From: Shigella phage ESh27
Sequence record: ON528737
Strand: one strand, 5' to 3'
DNA length: 64,000 bases
How positions within the stretch are numbered: the stretch's first letter is position 1; each line of letters opens with the position of its first letter. The position numbers and the translations under genes are program-made. Below, piece after piece: positions 30,079-38,827 of this stretch. The notes beneath the pieces were generated by a model. That model ran no database searches. It was not told the DNA's origin and saw nothing but the letters and a program-made list of their open reading frames with translations.

Positions 30079-30448
30079 GTTAAATCGAGGAGCCGTCGAA
30101 TTGTCTGATTATCGATTTGCGAATCGGTATGTTTTAGAAGTACCGCCCCGACAATTTTACGGTGTACCTCTTGAATGTTGTTCTTATAACGGTAAGTGCA
30201 TGCTACCCCGAGGTGATGGCTAATCGGGAGTACGCCTCAAGGCCTATATATCCATCAGTATATATCTTATCCTCGAGAAATCGAACCCGGAACCTTTAAG
30301 CTAACGGTGTGCAACAGATAAGAGTTATAAGGTATGATGACGGGTTTATGGTTATCCTGTCGTTAAATATCCAAAACCTATGTTCCCCTTGAGGGCTTGA
30401 GCAGGCAATGTCAATAAGTCCTGCATTTTCATTTAAAGAGAATTTATA

Positions 30449-30625
30449 ATGGCAAAACAAACTAAAGCAAAGAAAGCAGTTGAAAAGAAAGTCGGTGATT
30501 CTAAACGCGCTGGATACAAGCGTGGGTCGAACTCTCGTATTAATCAAACAGTTGAGAAGATCATGCGCAGAGCACGTGCAGTTCTTCGAGATGATGCTTC
30601 TCGTTTTGGAAAGGTTGTTGCATAA
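30449..30625 (+). CDS. small basic protein (58 aa, Lys/Arg-rich)
   Basis: ATG 30449, stop 30623-30625, followed at 30631 by a perfect GGGAGAC-UUCG-GUCUCCC terminator; below the track's length cut-off. Confidence 0.5.
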   Translation: MAKQTKAKKAVEKKVGDSKRAGYKRGSNSRINQTVEKIMRRARAVLRDDASRFGKVVA

Positions 30626-30630
30626 TTTTA

Positions 30631-30652
30631 GGGAGACTTCGGTCTCCCTTTT
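30631..30652 (+). terminator. rho-independent terminator after small basic-protein gene
   Basis: GGGAGAC-TTCG-GTCTCCC hairpin followed by TTTT. Confidence 0.7.
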
Positions 30653-30684
30653 GTGTGTTTAGGGCAGAAAAAGTTTAAAAAGAT

Positions 30685-30713
30685 GTTTACTCTCCTGTAG
30701 GATGTGTTACTAT
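30685..30713 (+). promoter_or_regulatory. early sigma70-type promoter (paralogue A cassette)
   Basis: -35 GTTTAC, 17-nt spacer ending GATGTGT, -10 TACTAT. Confidence 0.55.
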
Positions 30714-30755
30714 AGACTTGTACCACCTAATCAATAAAACAAACTGGAGAATAAA

Positions 30756-31124
30756 ATGAAAATCAATCTGAACTCATACATCGAATGTAAAGACCACGAC
30801 GGTTATAAAGCTATCGAAATTAAAGAATTCCAGTGGATGTTATACAAAGAGCAATTTGAGATCGTAGGTTGTATGACCCCTGAAGGTCCTTCAAATGATT
30901 TCTCTTGGAAAATTGTGTTAGCAAACTTTTTCACAGGTGACACATACGAATTAAAAACTATTATTACCGGTAAAATTCGTTCAGAAACATATGTTGACGA
31001 AGAAACTGGTTACTCTGAAGATGTTACATGGTATCAAAATGGACGCATTACAGCAGATAACCTTATCGAAAAAATGAAAGCCAAAGGTGTTTTAAATTTA
31101 GACAATTGGATTAAAGTTGCATAA
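30756..31124 (+). CDS. hypothetical protein (122 aa), paralogue A
   Basis: Own early promoter 30685-30713 and GGAGAATAAAATG leader; shares CMTP-containing core with the next ORF. Confidence 0.55.
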   Translation: MKINLNSYIECKDHDGYKAIEIKEFQWMLYKEQFEIVGCMTPEGPSNDFSWKIVLANFFTGDTYELKTIITGKIRSETYVDEETGYSEDVTWYQNGRITADNLIEKMKAKGVLNLDNWIKVA

Positions 31125-31128
31125 AACA

Positions 31129-31157
31129 GTTTACTTTGGTACAGGTTATGTTATTAT
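31129..31157 (+). promoter_or_regulatory. early sigma70-type promoter (paralogue B cassette)
   Basis: -35 GTTTAC, 17-nt spacer, -10 TATTAT; leader nearly identical to cassette A. Confidence 0.55.
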
Positions 31158-31198
31158 AGACCTGTACCAACAAACAACTTAAACATCCGGAGAATAAA

Positions 31199-31564
31199 AT
31201 GAACTACATCAACTTCGAACGTAAATATGTTTCTAACGGTATCGCTGGTTCTTCTGAAGTTATTTGCTTATGGAAACACAAAAACGGTACAGTTTGTGAA
31301 ATCGAACAGTGCATGACTCCTAATTACGTTTATATGCGATTTGAAAATGGCATCACGGTTTCAATCACGATGGAAGGTTCTACTTTTAAAATCGCTTTAG
31401 ATGATGATTTCCGTCAACGTGATTTAGGTACTCATCCTTGCTGGAATGGTGTTAATCGTAAACTTCTGGTTAAAACTTGGATTCGTCATATCCTGAGTAA
31501 CCGAGCTAAACCTGAACATCTCGAAGCAATCTTTGATGTAGTTCTTAATGAATTCGATATCTAA
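31199..31564 (+). CDS. hypothetical protein (121 aa), paralogue B
   Basis: Own early promoter 31129-31157 with leader nearly identical to that of paralogue A. Confidence 0.55.
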   Translation: MNYINFERKYVSNGIAGSSEVICLWKHKNGTVCEIEQCMTPNYVYMRFENGITVSITMEGSTFKIALDDDFRQRDLGTHPCWNGVNRKLLVKTWIRHILSNRAKPEHLEAIFDVVLNEFDI

Positions 31565-31570
31565 TTTAAC

Positions 31571-31588
31571 TGGGAGCTTCGGCTCCCA
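31571..31588 (+). terminator. intercistronic UUCG-tetraloop hairpin (terminator or processing/stability element)
   Basis: TGGGAGC-TTCG-GCTCCCA; no clear U-run. Confidence 0.35.
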
Positions 31589-31603
31589 ATTGAGGAAAAT
31601 ATT

Positions 31604-31891
31604 ATGTTTATGACCACTTATTTTGATACCCGCAAAAACTTTTGTGAAGTTGTTTTCTCTAAAGCACCTAAAGACCTTCCGGCCCATTTGCAACCTACTA
31701 GCGAGTCAATTAAACACTATGTCAACGTAGTATGTCCTTTGGAGTTTCGTACAGTAAATGGGCATGATACTTTAGCTATCACTAAACTTAATCGTGAAAT
31801 TGACATCGATCCTTCGATCGCAAGTGAAATTAACATTTCTGATATTGGCGGCGGTAATGTTAAATCACATGGCTTTCAGATGAGGTTCTAA
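31604..31891 (+). CDS. hypothetical protein (95 aa)
   Basis: ORF track; GAGGAAAA SD; 30.x slot. Confidence 0.45.
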   Translation: MFMTTYFDTRKNFCEVVFSKAPKDLPAHLQPTSESIKHYVNVVCPLEFRTVNGHDTLAITKLNREIDIDPSIASEINISDIGGGNVKSHGFQMRF

Positions 31892-31895
31892 TAAA

Positions 31896-32114
31896 ATGCT
31901 TAAAAAATTAATCAAGAAATTGTTTGGTACGGAAATGATTGAAGTTACTTATCGTGTAACAGACGTTTTTCCATATTATGCAGAAAACCGTTTAGAACCA
32001 TACGTTACGTCAATTAAAATGCCTAAAAATGACGGAAATTTATCTATCGAAGACCGTATACCTGGTTATGGTCATTGGGCTGATGTTGAAATTATAAGTG
32101 TTAAAGATGTCTGA
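31896..32114 (+). CDS. hypothetical protein (72 aa)
   Basis: ORF track; 30.x slot. Confidence 0.4.
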   Translation: MLKKLIKKLFGTEMIEVTYRVTDVFPYYAENRLEPYVTSIKMPKNDGNLSIEDRIPGYGHWADVEIISVKDV

Positions 32115-32565
32115 ATTAGAAATAAGAAGTAATTTCAAATGGCCGTCATGTGCATTAAGTAATTTCGCCCAATGGCCTTTTGTCATGGATGGTATTCAAT
32201 TCGGAGGTCTTGAAGGATTTCTCCAAGGATGTAAGGTGAAAAATGTTGAACATCAAAGACGTATATTTGGGTTGTCTGGATTGGCTGCACAGCAAGCTGG
32301 AAGGTCTTATGCAAGAGCTCAGGGCCATGGGACTCTCTTCTGGTTAGGAGTTCCATTTTCAAGATACTCTGAAGCGTGGAAAGAATTATACACAAATGCA
32401 TATTTTGAAGCAGCGATCCAAAACAAGGGGTTTCGCGATGCCTTACAAGCCTCTAAAGGAAAAATTTTGAAGCATAGCATGGCCAGCCACCTAACAAAAG
32501 ATGATACAATACTAACTGAAGCTGAATTTATTGATGTGTTAAACCTATTAAGAGACTCTTTATGA
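32098..32565 (+). CDS. YbiA/NADAR-like (DUF1768) protein, 30.3-like
   Basis: 155 aa; FSNF..W, QFGGLEGFLQG, GLSGLAAQQAG resemble YbiA-family N-glycosidase fold; position two genes before ligase. Confidence 0.5.
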   Translation: MLKMSELEIRSNFKWPSCALSNFAQWPFVMDGIQFGGLEGFLQGCKVKNVEHQRRIFGLSGLAAQQAGRSYARAQGHGTLFWLGVPFSRYSEAWKELYTNAYFEAAIQNKGFRDALQASKGKILKHSMASHLTKDDTILTEAEFIDVLNLLRDSL

Positions 32566-33380
32566 AGCCTACTATTTTGACTGATATTGATGGTGTATGT
32601 TTAAGCTGGCAATCTGGACTTCCTTATTTTGCCCAAAAATATAATCTTCCATTAGAACATATTTTAAAAATGATTCAGGACGAAAAATTTATTTCTCCTG
32701 GTAAACTATTCAATACCGACGATAACCTCGGTAAACAATTAATAGAAAAATATAATCGCTCTGATTTTATTCGTTACTTAGCGCCTTATTCGGATGCTCT
32801 TCGAGTTATCAATAAACTAAAAGAAGACTATAATTTTGTAGCCGTAACGGCGTTAGGTGATTCAATTGATGCTCGATTGAATAGACAATTTAATTTGAAT
32901 GCTTTGTTCCCAGGCGCTTTCTCTGAAGTAATGATGTGTGGTCATGATTCTTCAAAGGAACAATTATTCGAACTAGCTAAAACAAAATATAACGTAATTT
33001 GTTACGTTGACGATTTAGCTCATCATTGTGACCATGCGGCAGAAATTCTTAATGTACCGATTTATTGGTTGGCCCGTGGTGAACGTGATGATATTCCTCG
33101 TACTGCACAACGTGTACACACGTGGGATGATATTGAATCTCGTTTGGTTCCACCCGAGCATAATTCAGATTCAGATCGTGAAGACCTTTTAAAACGATTG
33201 GCGGATTTGCTTAAAGAATCTGGTGCAACAAGTCCAGGTGCATGGCCTAATCAAATTGGTGGCCCCTCGACAACACGTACTCCATATACCTGGCGAACCC
33301 CAGGACCAACCGATATGCAGCCATGGTGGACGATTCAAAACTTTCCTTTAGATTCGTCTAAATGGACTATAAATTGTTAA
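32562..33380 (+). CDS. HAD-superfamily hydrolase-like protein, 30.2-like
   Basis: 272 aa; N-terminal DxDGV motif (ILTDIDGVCL) typical of HAD phosphatases; synteny with T4 30.2. Confidence 0.5.
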   Translation: MKPTILTDIDGVCLSWQSGLPYFAQKYNLPLEHILKMIQDEKFISPGKLFNTDDNLGKQLIEKYNRSDFIRYLAPYSDALRVINKLKEDYNFVAVTALGDSIDARLNRQFNLNALFPGAFSEVMMCGHDSSKEQLFELAKTKYNVICYVDDLAHHCDHAAEILNVPIYWLARGERDDIPRTAQRVHTWDDIESRLVPPEHNSDSDREDLLKRLADLLKESGATSPGAWPNQIGGPSTTRTPYTWRTPGPTDMQPWWTIQNFPLDSSKWTINC

Positions 33381-33389
33381 GGGTTAATT

Positions 33390-33659
33390 ATGTTTGTAGT
33401 TCATGATATTACAGATGGCAAAAATACCACACGTGACTACGGTCACGTTAACATGTTCTTTCGAGACTGGCCGTTGTTTCGTTCAGTAAAAGACGCAGAA
33501 ATATTTAAAGAGTGTGTTGAACAAGGGTTCATCTACATTTCAGAATATTATGTTGAAGGACTCGGTAAACGGGTTACCACTTATCAGAAAACGCTGAAAT
33601 CGCTTCTAGATGAAGTGGCTTATAATAGAACCGTAACCAAAATCGAGGATATCAAATGA
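33390..33659 (+). CDS. hypothetical protein (89 aa), 30.1 slot
   Basis: ORF track; ATGA overlap with ligase start. Confidence 0.45.
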   Translation: MFVVHDITDGKNTTRDYGHVNMFFRDWPLFRSVKDAEIFKECVEQGFIYISEYYVEGLGKRVTTYQKTLKSLLDEVAYNRTVTKIEDIK

Positions 33660-35149
33660 TTTTAGATATTTTAAACCAAATAGCTGCGATCGGTTCTACT
33701 AAAACAAAACAGGAAATCCTTAAGAAAAATAAGGACAACAAATTACTTGAACGTGTGTATCGTTTAACATATGCACGTGGTATCCAGTATTATATTAAGA
33801 AATGGCCAGGACCAGGTGAAAGGTCCCAAGCATATGGTCTTCTTGAATTAGATGACATGTTGGATTTTATTGAGTTCACATTAGCCACTCGTAAACTCAC
33901 TGGTAATGCTGCAATTAAAGAGCTCATGGGTTATATCGCTGATGGTAAACCTGATGATGTAGAAGTCCTTCGTCGTGTAATGATGCGCGACCTTGAAGTA
34001 GGTGCTTCAGTGTCTATCGCGAATAAGGTGTGGCCTGGTCTTATTCAATTGCAACCACAGATGTTAGCATCTGCATATGATGAGAAATTGATTACTAAAA
34101 ATATTAAATGGCCCGCATTTGCCCAATTAAAAGCAGATGGTGCTCGTTGTTTCGCTGAAGTTCGCGATGATGGTGTTCAATTCTTTTCTCGCGCCGGTAA
34201 CGAATACCATGGTCTTACCCTATTAGCAGATGAACTAATGGAAATGACTAAAGAAGCTCGTGAAAGACACCCTAATGGGGTTTTAATTGATGGTGAATTA
34301 GTTTATCATTCATTTGATATTAAAAAGGCTGTGAGCTCAGGAAATGACCTGTCGTTCTTATTTGGCGATAATGAAGAATCCGAAGAAGTACAAGTTGCAG
34401 ACCGTAGCACTTCAAACGGTTTAGCAAATAAATCTCTTCAAGGGACTATTTCTCCTAAAGAAGCTGAAGGTATGGTTCTTCAAGCCTGGGACTATGTTCC
34501 TTTAGATGAAGTCTATTCTGATGGCAAAATTAAAGGTCAGAAATACGATGTTCGTTTTGCTGCTCTTGAAAATATGGCTGAAGGCTTTAAACGAATTGAG
34601 CCAATTGAAAATCAGTTAGTTCGTAATCTTGACGAAGCTAAAGTGGTTTATAAAAAATATGTTGACCAAGGTCTTGAAGGTATTATCCTTAAAAACCGTG
34701 ATTCATATTGGGAAAACAAACGCTCTAAGAACCTAATTAAATTTAAAGAAGTTATTGATATCGCTTTAGAAGTTGTAGGATACTATGAACACTCTAAAGA
34801 CCCTAACAAATTGGGTGGTGTCGAACTCGTATCACGTTGTCGTCGTATTACAACTGATTGTGGTTCAGGTTTTAAAGATACAACTCATAAAACAGTTGAC
34901 GGTGTAAAGGTTCTTATTCCTTTAGACGAGCGTCATGATTTAGACCGTGAACGATTAATGACCGAAGCTCGTGAAGGTAAATTGATCGGACGTATCGCTG
35001 ATTGCGAATGTAATGGTTGGGTTCATTCTAAAGGCCGTGAAGGTACTGTAGGTATTTTCCTTCCAATTATTAAAGGGTTCCGTTTTGATAAAACAGAAGC
35101 GGATTCATTTGAAGACGTATTTGGACCGTGGTCCCAGACAGGTTTATAA
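33656..35149 (+). CDS. 30: ATP-dependent DNA ligase
   Basis: 497 aa; MILDILNQIAAIGSTK..., adenylation lysine motif QLKADGARC, strong match to recalled T4 ligase. Confidence 0.95.
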   Translation: MILDILNQIAAIGSTKTKQEILKKNKDNKLLERVYRLTYARGIQYYIKKWPGPGERSQAYGLLELDDMLDFIEFTLATRKLTGNAAIKELMGYIADGKPDDVEVLRRVMMRDLEVGASVSIANKVWPGLIQLQPQMLASAYDEKLITKNIKWPAFAQLKADGARCFAEVRDDGVQFFSRAGNEYHGLTLLADELMEMTKEARERHPNGVLIDGELVYHSFDIKKAVSSGNDLSFLFGDNEESEEVQVADRSTSNGLANKSLQGTISPKEAEGMVLQAWDYVPLDEVYSDGKIKGQKYDVRFAALENMAEGFKRIEPIENQLVRNLDEAKVVYKKYVDQGLEGIILKNRDSYWENKRSKNLIKFKEVIDIALEVVGYYEHSKDPNKLGGVELVSRCRRITTDCGSGFKDTTHKTVDGVKVLIPLDERHDLDRERLMTEAREGKLIGRIADCECNGWVHSKGREGTVGIFLPIIKGFRFDKTEADSFEDVFGPWSQTGL

Positions 35150-35337
35150 TGAAAGCTTATTTAGAAACAGTTATTGTAGCTAAGAAGGATGGTGGAGATG
35201 TTTCCACCTCTTGCTCTCAGATTATATTAGATTTTCCTAATGAAAATTCGTATCGGGTTTTTGTAGATAACGTTAATGGGTACGAAAAAGGCCCTAATTT
35301 TGAAGTTTATCGTACTTTGCTCCCGATTGTGGATTAA
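35149..35337 (+). CDS. hypothetical protein (62 aa), alt.1 slot
   Basis: ATG 35149 overlapping ligase stop (TAATG); followed by a terminator hairpin. Confidence 0.4.
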   Translation: MKAYLETVIVAKKDGGDVSTSCSQIILDFPNENSYRVFVDNVNGYEKGPNFEVYRTLLPIVD

Positions 35338-35356
35338 GAGCCTTCGGGCTCTTTTT
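35337..35356 (+). terminator. rho-independent terminator upstream of alt
   Basis: AGAGCC-TTCG-GGCTCT hairpin followed by TTTT. Confidence 0.65.
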
Positions 35357-35392
35357 GGCATAAATATAAATTATTACTAAAAGGAAAACACT

Positions 35393-37480
35393 ATGTCTGA
35401 ACAATTAAATGAAGTGTTTGAATCTGAAGGCAGTCTTCCTGTCGTCAATTTGAACCCTAAAGCTAAAGTTCCACAAGTCTGGAAAATTGGTGATATCGAT
35501 ACAAATATTGTAGTTCGTTTATTCTCTTACCTTTCTGAAGGCGATGCTGTAAAACAAGTTAAACTTGGTGACAAATACGCTCATGTCGTTATTATGAGTC
35601 TGTCTGAAAAGGGTAATCTCGCTGAATTGAAAAATGGCCTTGGTCCTGCTCCTATTGATGCAATCAACACCATTTTCAATACAGTGTATGAACAGGTTAA
35701 AGCTCTTCGTATGGATGCAGTTCTGTTTCGATTCCCTACCAAGAAATTGAAAGGACGTGGACAGCAGCTTCAAACTCTTCTTGCTCGTTTAGTTTCTACT
35801 AAAACCGGTGGTCGTTTTAAAGTATTGTCTGCAATGTATCAATTCACAGGTAAACACACATATGTGATGATGGTTCGTAAAAATGCCAACATTGAAGATA
35901 TTAAAGGCATCCCTAACATTAACACAGAGTTGTACACGAAAGTAGATTCTGATGTTGGCGAAGTTTATGTGAGTAAAAAGACCGGCGAAAAAGTCACCAA
36001 AGAAACGGCTATCGCTGGTTCTATTGCTGCTGTAGAAGAAAAACGTAAAGATAAGCCTGTTATTGCTCGTACTAAAATTTCTCGTCGTGCTATTGCAGCA
36101 AGCCAATCTTTAGAAGCAGATCGCCAAGAAGGTGAGCTATTCCAGAAATACGAAAATTCTGCTAAAGAAGTTAGTGGCCCAGCTACAGCCGAATTACTTC
36201 CTGAAGCATATGAAATCGTACTAGCCCAAGCATCGTCCACAGCAAAAGGCACTTTAGTTGCTGATATCGAAAATAAGATTTATAATCGTATTGATGAATC
36301 CTTTAGATTTGCTGATGAAGTTTCTTATGGTAGTGTTATTAAGCCGACTTTAGAAAAGTTTGCTAAGAAAATTAAAACCGAAAAAACAACATCTGTTAAA
36401 GCATTAGCTGCTTTTGTTGAAGCTGCAAATGAAATTGCAGACTCTATTAAAGACGAATGGTTTGAAGATTTTAGACGAGATAATTTCCAACTGGCTGACG
36501 ACGTTTTAGCTGAAGTATCTGAAAAAACTTGGAAACAACGTAAATCAGCGTTCTTGTCTAATGTGATGTATACTTATGCACGAGAATCGGCCAGAGGCAC
36601 CTTTAATATAACAATGAATCGGGACCCTAAACAATACTCTGTTGCTGAAAAACGAGCTATTCGTGAATATGCCTCTTCTGCGTATACCGATATCAATAAT
36701 ATGTTGTTAGGTCGTTATAAACCGGATTTTTATGATGTTGCAGATGAAGATGAAGTTAAACGCGCTATTGATGGTCTTGATTCGGCGTTTTTAAATGGAG
36801 ACCGTTTACCTGAAGGACTAACGTTATATAGAGCCCAGTCTATCAGAATGCCTATTTACGAAGCAATGGTTAAAAATAAGGTATTCTACTTCAGAAACTA
36901 TGTTTCTACTTCATTAGCTCCTATTATTTTCGGCGGGTTTAAAGAGAACGTTGCCCTTGGACTTGCTCCTGAAGAAGTTCGCAAAGAGCTTAACATTGAC
37001 AATAATGACGAAGGTGTTACTATTTCTCCTAGTCAAGTAAGAACAGCTATGCATGCACCAGAACAAATCCGTGTTAACGTTGGATGGGCTATTGATGGCG
37101 CTCATAAAGTTAACGTGATTTACCCAGGACAGTTGAGTAATCACCCTAATGAGCAAGAAATTATTTTGCCTAGAGGCATTCTCTTGCAGATAAATAAAAT
37201 TACAGATGCGTCATCTGATACCGGTGCAGGTTTAGAATCAAACCTTAAATTTATTCAAGCTGAAGTTATGTCCTCAGACCAGTTGGATGAAGCTGTCATT
37301 TACGATGGTGATGTTCTCATGGAAACAGGCGAGGTGGTTGCTATGACGGGTGAAATCGAATCAGATGAGCCGGTATCTTTTGCCTCATTCGTAGAAATAA
37401 ACAGTGCACCTAAAGGATTGAAACTGTTAGCATCTTTAATGGATTTGGAATCGGTTCCATTTAAATTTGTTCAAGGATAG
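35393..37480 (+). CDS. alt: Alt ADP-ribosyltransferase (virion-packaged, modifies host RNA polymerase)
   Basis: 695 aa (T4 Alt 682 aa); position after ligase and before baseplate gene 54; LYRAQS segment in C-terminal ART region. Confidence 0.85.
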   Translation: MSEQLNEVFESEGSLPVVNLNPKAKVPQVWKIGDIDTNIVVRLFSYLSEGDAVKQVKLGDKYAHVVIMSLSEKGNLAELKNGLGPAPIDAINTIFNTVYEQVKALRMDAVLFRFPTKKLKGRGQQLQTLLARLVSTKTGGRFKVLSAMYQFTGKHTYVMMVRKNANIEDIKGIPNINTELYTKVDSDVGEVYVSKKTGEKVTKETAIAGSIAAVEEKRKDKPVIARTKISRRAIAASQSLEADRQEGELFQKYENSAKEVSGPATAELLPEAYEIVLAQASSTAKGTLVADIENKIYNRIDESFRFADEVSYGSVIKPTLEKFAKKIKTEKTTSVKALAAFVEAANEIADSIKDEWFEDFRRDNFQLADDVLAEVSEKTWKQRKSAFLSNVMYTYARESARGTFNITMNRDPKQYSVAEKRAIREYASSAYTDINNMLLGRYKPDFYDVADEDEVKRAIDGLDSAFLNGDRLPEGLTLYRAQSIRMPIYEAMVKNKVFYFRNYVSTSLAPIIFGGFKENVALGLAPEEVRKELNIDNNDEGVTISPSQVRTAMHAPEQIRVNVGWAIDGAHKVNVIYPGQLSNHPNEQEIILPRGILLQINKITDASSDTGAGLESNLKFIQAEVMSSDQLDEAVIYDGDVLMETGEVVAMTGEIESDEPVSFASFVEINSAPKGLKLLASLMDLESVPFKFVQG

Positions 37481-37509
37481 TTTACAAGCACATGGATGTG
37501 TGATACTAT
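37480..37509 (+). promoter_or_regulatory. early sigma70-type promoter
   Basis: -35 GTTTAC, 18-nt spacer ending GATGTGTGA, -10 TACTAT. Confidence 0.5.
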
Positions 37510-37538
37510 CATCCCATCAACAACATGAGGAAAACGTT

Positions 37539-37832
37539 ATGAAATCTATGCTTCGCTTTAATGGTCAAGAACTAGTAGTTGAAGATGTTATCCCAGCGGA
37601 TGATGCTTTTAACGAAGCCGTGATTGACGAATTGAATCGAGTATTCCCAGGTGCATTCCATATTGCTATGGAACCTCTTAAAAACTTTCGTGACCCTGAG
37701 CACACCGACCAAATTTTTATCGGTGTGGTGACAGGTCATTTAGAAACAGAGGTACCAATGGTTGTATTAGTTAAATACTCTAAAGATGATACTCCATTCC
37801 GAGCACCAGCATTCCTTTCATTCCGTAAATAA
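37539..37832 (+). CDS. hypothetical protein (97 aa), alt-adjacent
   Basis: ATG 37539 with ATGAGGAAAA SD; track start 37467 overlaps alt and the promoter. Confidence 0.45.
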   Translation: MKSMLRFNGQELVVEDVIPADDAFNEAVIDELNRVFPGAFHIAMEPLKNFRDPEHTDQIFIGVVTGHLETEVPMVVLVKYSKDDTPFRAPAFLSFRK

Positions 37833-37840
37833 ACCCCTAA

Positions 37841-37864
37841 AGGGAGACAACGTCTCCCTTTTTC
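37841..37864. terminator. terminator between convergent alt-side operon and gene 54
   Basis: AGGGAGAC..GTCTCCCT hairpin then TTTTTC. Confidence 0.55.
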
Positions 37865-38827
37865 TTATAGTCCTAAAACTCTTGATGCAGAATTCACCAC
37901 ACCTGTCAATGTGTTTATATTAGACACACCTCCAGCAGTCCCACCTAATCTAGAAAGTCTTGATACCGCACTTCCTAGCCCAGAATCATTCTGGTTATTT
38001 CCAAACATTCCTGAAACGCTACTAATAAGTCCTGATTCCAGCCATTCTAAAGCGGCCTGCCTATTTACAGCACCTGATTGCATAACGCGATAAGCAAATG
38101 TTACATCAAAAACTGTTATCTGATTATCACCATCATACGTTAACTCAGGAGAAGAGACACTAACAGGAATACATCCGGTGAACATGACAGCTGTATGTGG
38201 TAAACCATTTCGTGCGTGTAAATTAACCTGAATATCTGCTTCGACGTCTTGTGGTAAAGCACGAAGACCTGTTACAGGGTCTTGGACAGAGTTTACCCAG
38301 TCTTGCATTGCTCTAAAGTTAGATGCTTCGGAATCCATTCTAAAGCTTATTACTAACGGGTCCATTTCACGACCGGTAATTCGGATGTTCGGTGAGTTAT
38401 AGTTGAAATCTGTTTCATAAGATAATCGGTTCTCAGGCATTTTTACAGAATAAATCATTAAACCTGTATTATTATATGCCATATTGAAGAAGTCTATCAG
38501 ATAAGCTCCTACTGTGAATTCACCTAACAAGCTTTGTACCGTACGTTGACTCATTGCTCCAATCAGATATTTACTTACACCTGATTTTCGAATTAATTTC
38601 TGTGTTCCTGCTGTAATCAGGGTTGTTACGCCCTGATTGATATCACCTTGAGTCAATCCTAGCCAATCTGAATCCAACCCTAAGTTATTATAAGCAAAAC
38701 TGCCAATTGACGAAATTAGTGAAGACGATTTGGTCGACGGTGTAGTAGCAAATACACAACTAAACATATTGTTTCGTTGGAAATCTGCATTTATAGCTTG
38801 GTTATTAAATTCTTCTAAAGAGTACAT
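37865..38827 (-). CDS. 54: gp54 baseplate tail-tube initiator
   Basis: 320 aa (T4 gp54 320 aa); synteny 54-48-29. Confidence 0.88.
   Translation of the reverse strand: MYSLEEFNNQAINADFQRNNMFSCVFATTPSTKSSSLISSIGSFAYNNLGLDSDWLGLTQGDINQGVTTLITAGTQKLIRKSGVSKYLIGAMSQRTVQSLLGEFTVGAYLIDFFNMAYNNTGLMIYSVKMPENRLSYETDFNYNSPNIRITGREMDPLVISFRMDSEASNFRAMQDWVNSVQDPVTGLRALPQDVEADIQVNLHARNGLPHTAVMFTGCIPVSVSSPELTYDGDNQITVFDVTFAYRVMQSGAVNRQAALEWLESGLISSVSGMFGNNQNDSGLGSAVSRLSRLGGTAGGVSNINTLTGVVNSASRVLGL

Noticed and set aside
30260-30330. Possible tRNA on the minus strand (GGTTCGATT T-loop-like motif)
   Set aside because: The putative T-stem has a mismatch and two wobbles, the only acceptor-like pairing (CTTATC/GATAAG) spans just ~57 nt, and no D-arm or anticodon arm can be built; treated as part of the inverted-repeat region instead.
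30296-30547. 83-aa minus-strand ORF (and 60-aa plus-strand alternate-frame ORF 30480-30662) from the ORF track
   Set aside because: Both overlap the well-formed 58-codon plus-strand gene with its own terminator; no SD, and composition is unlike a real protein.
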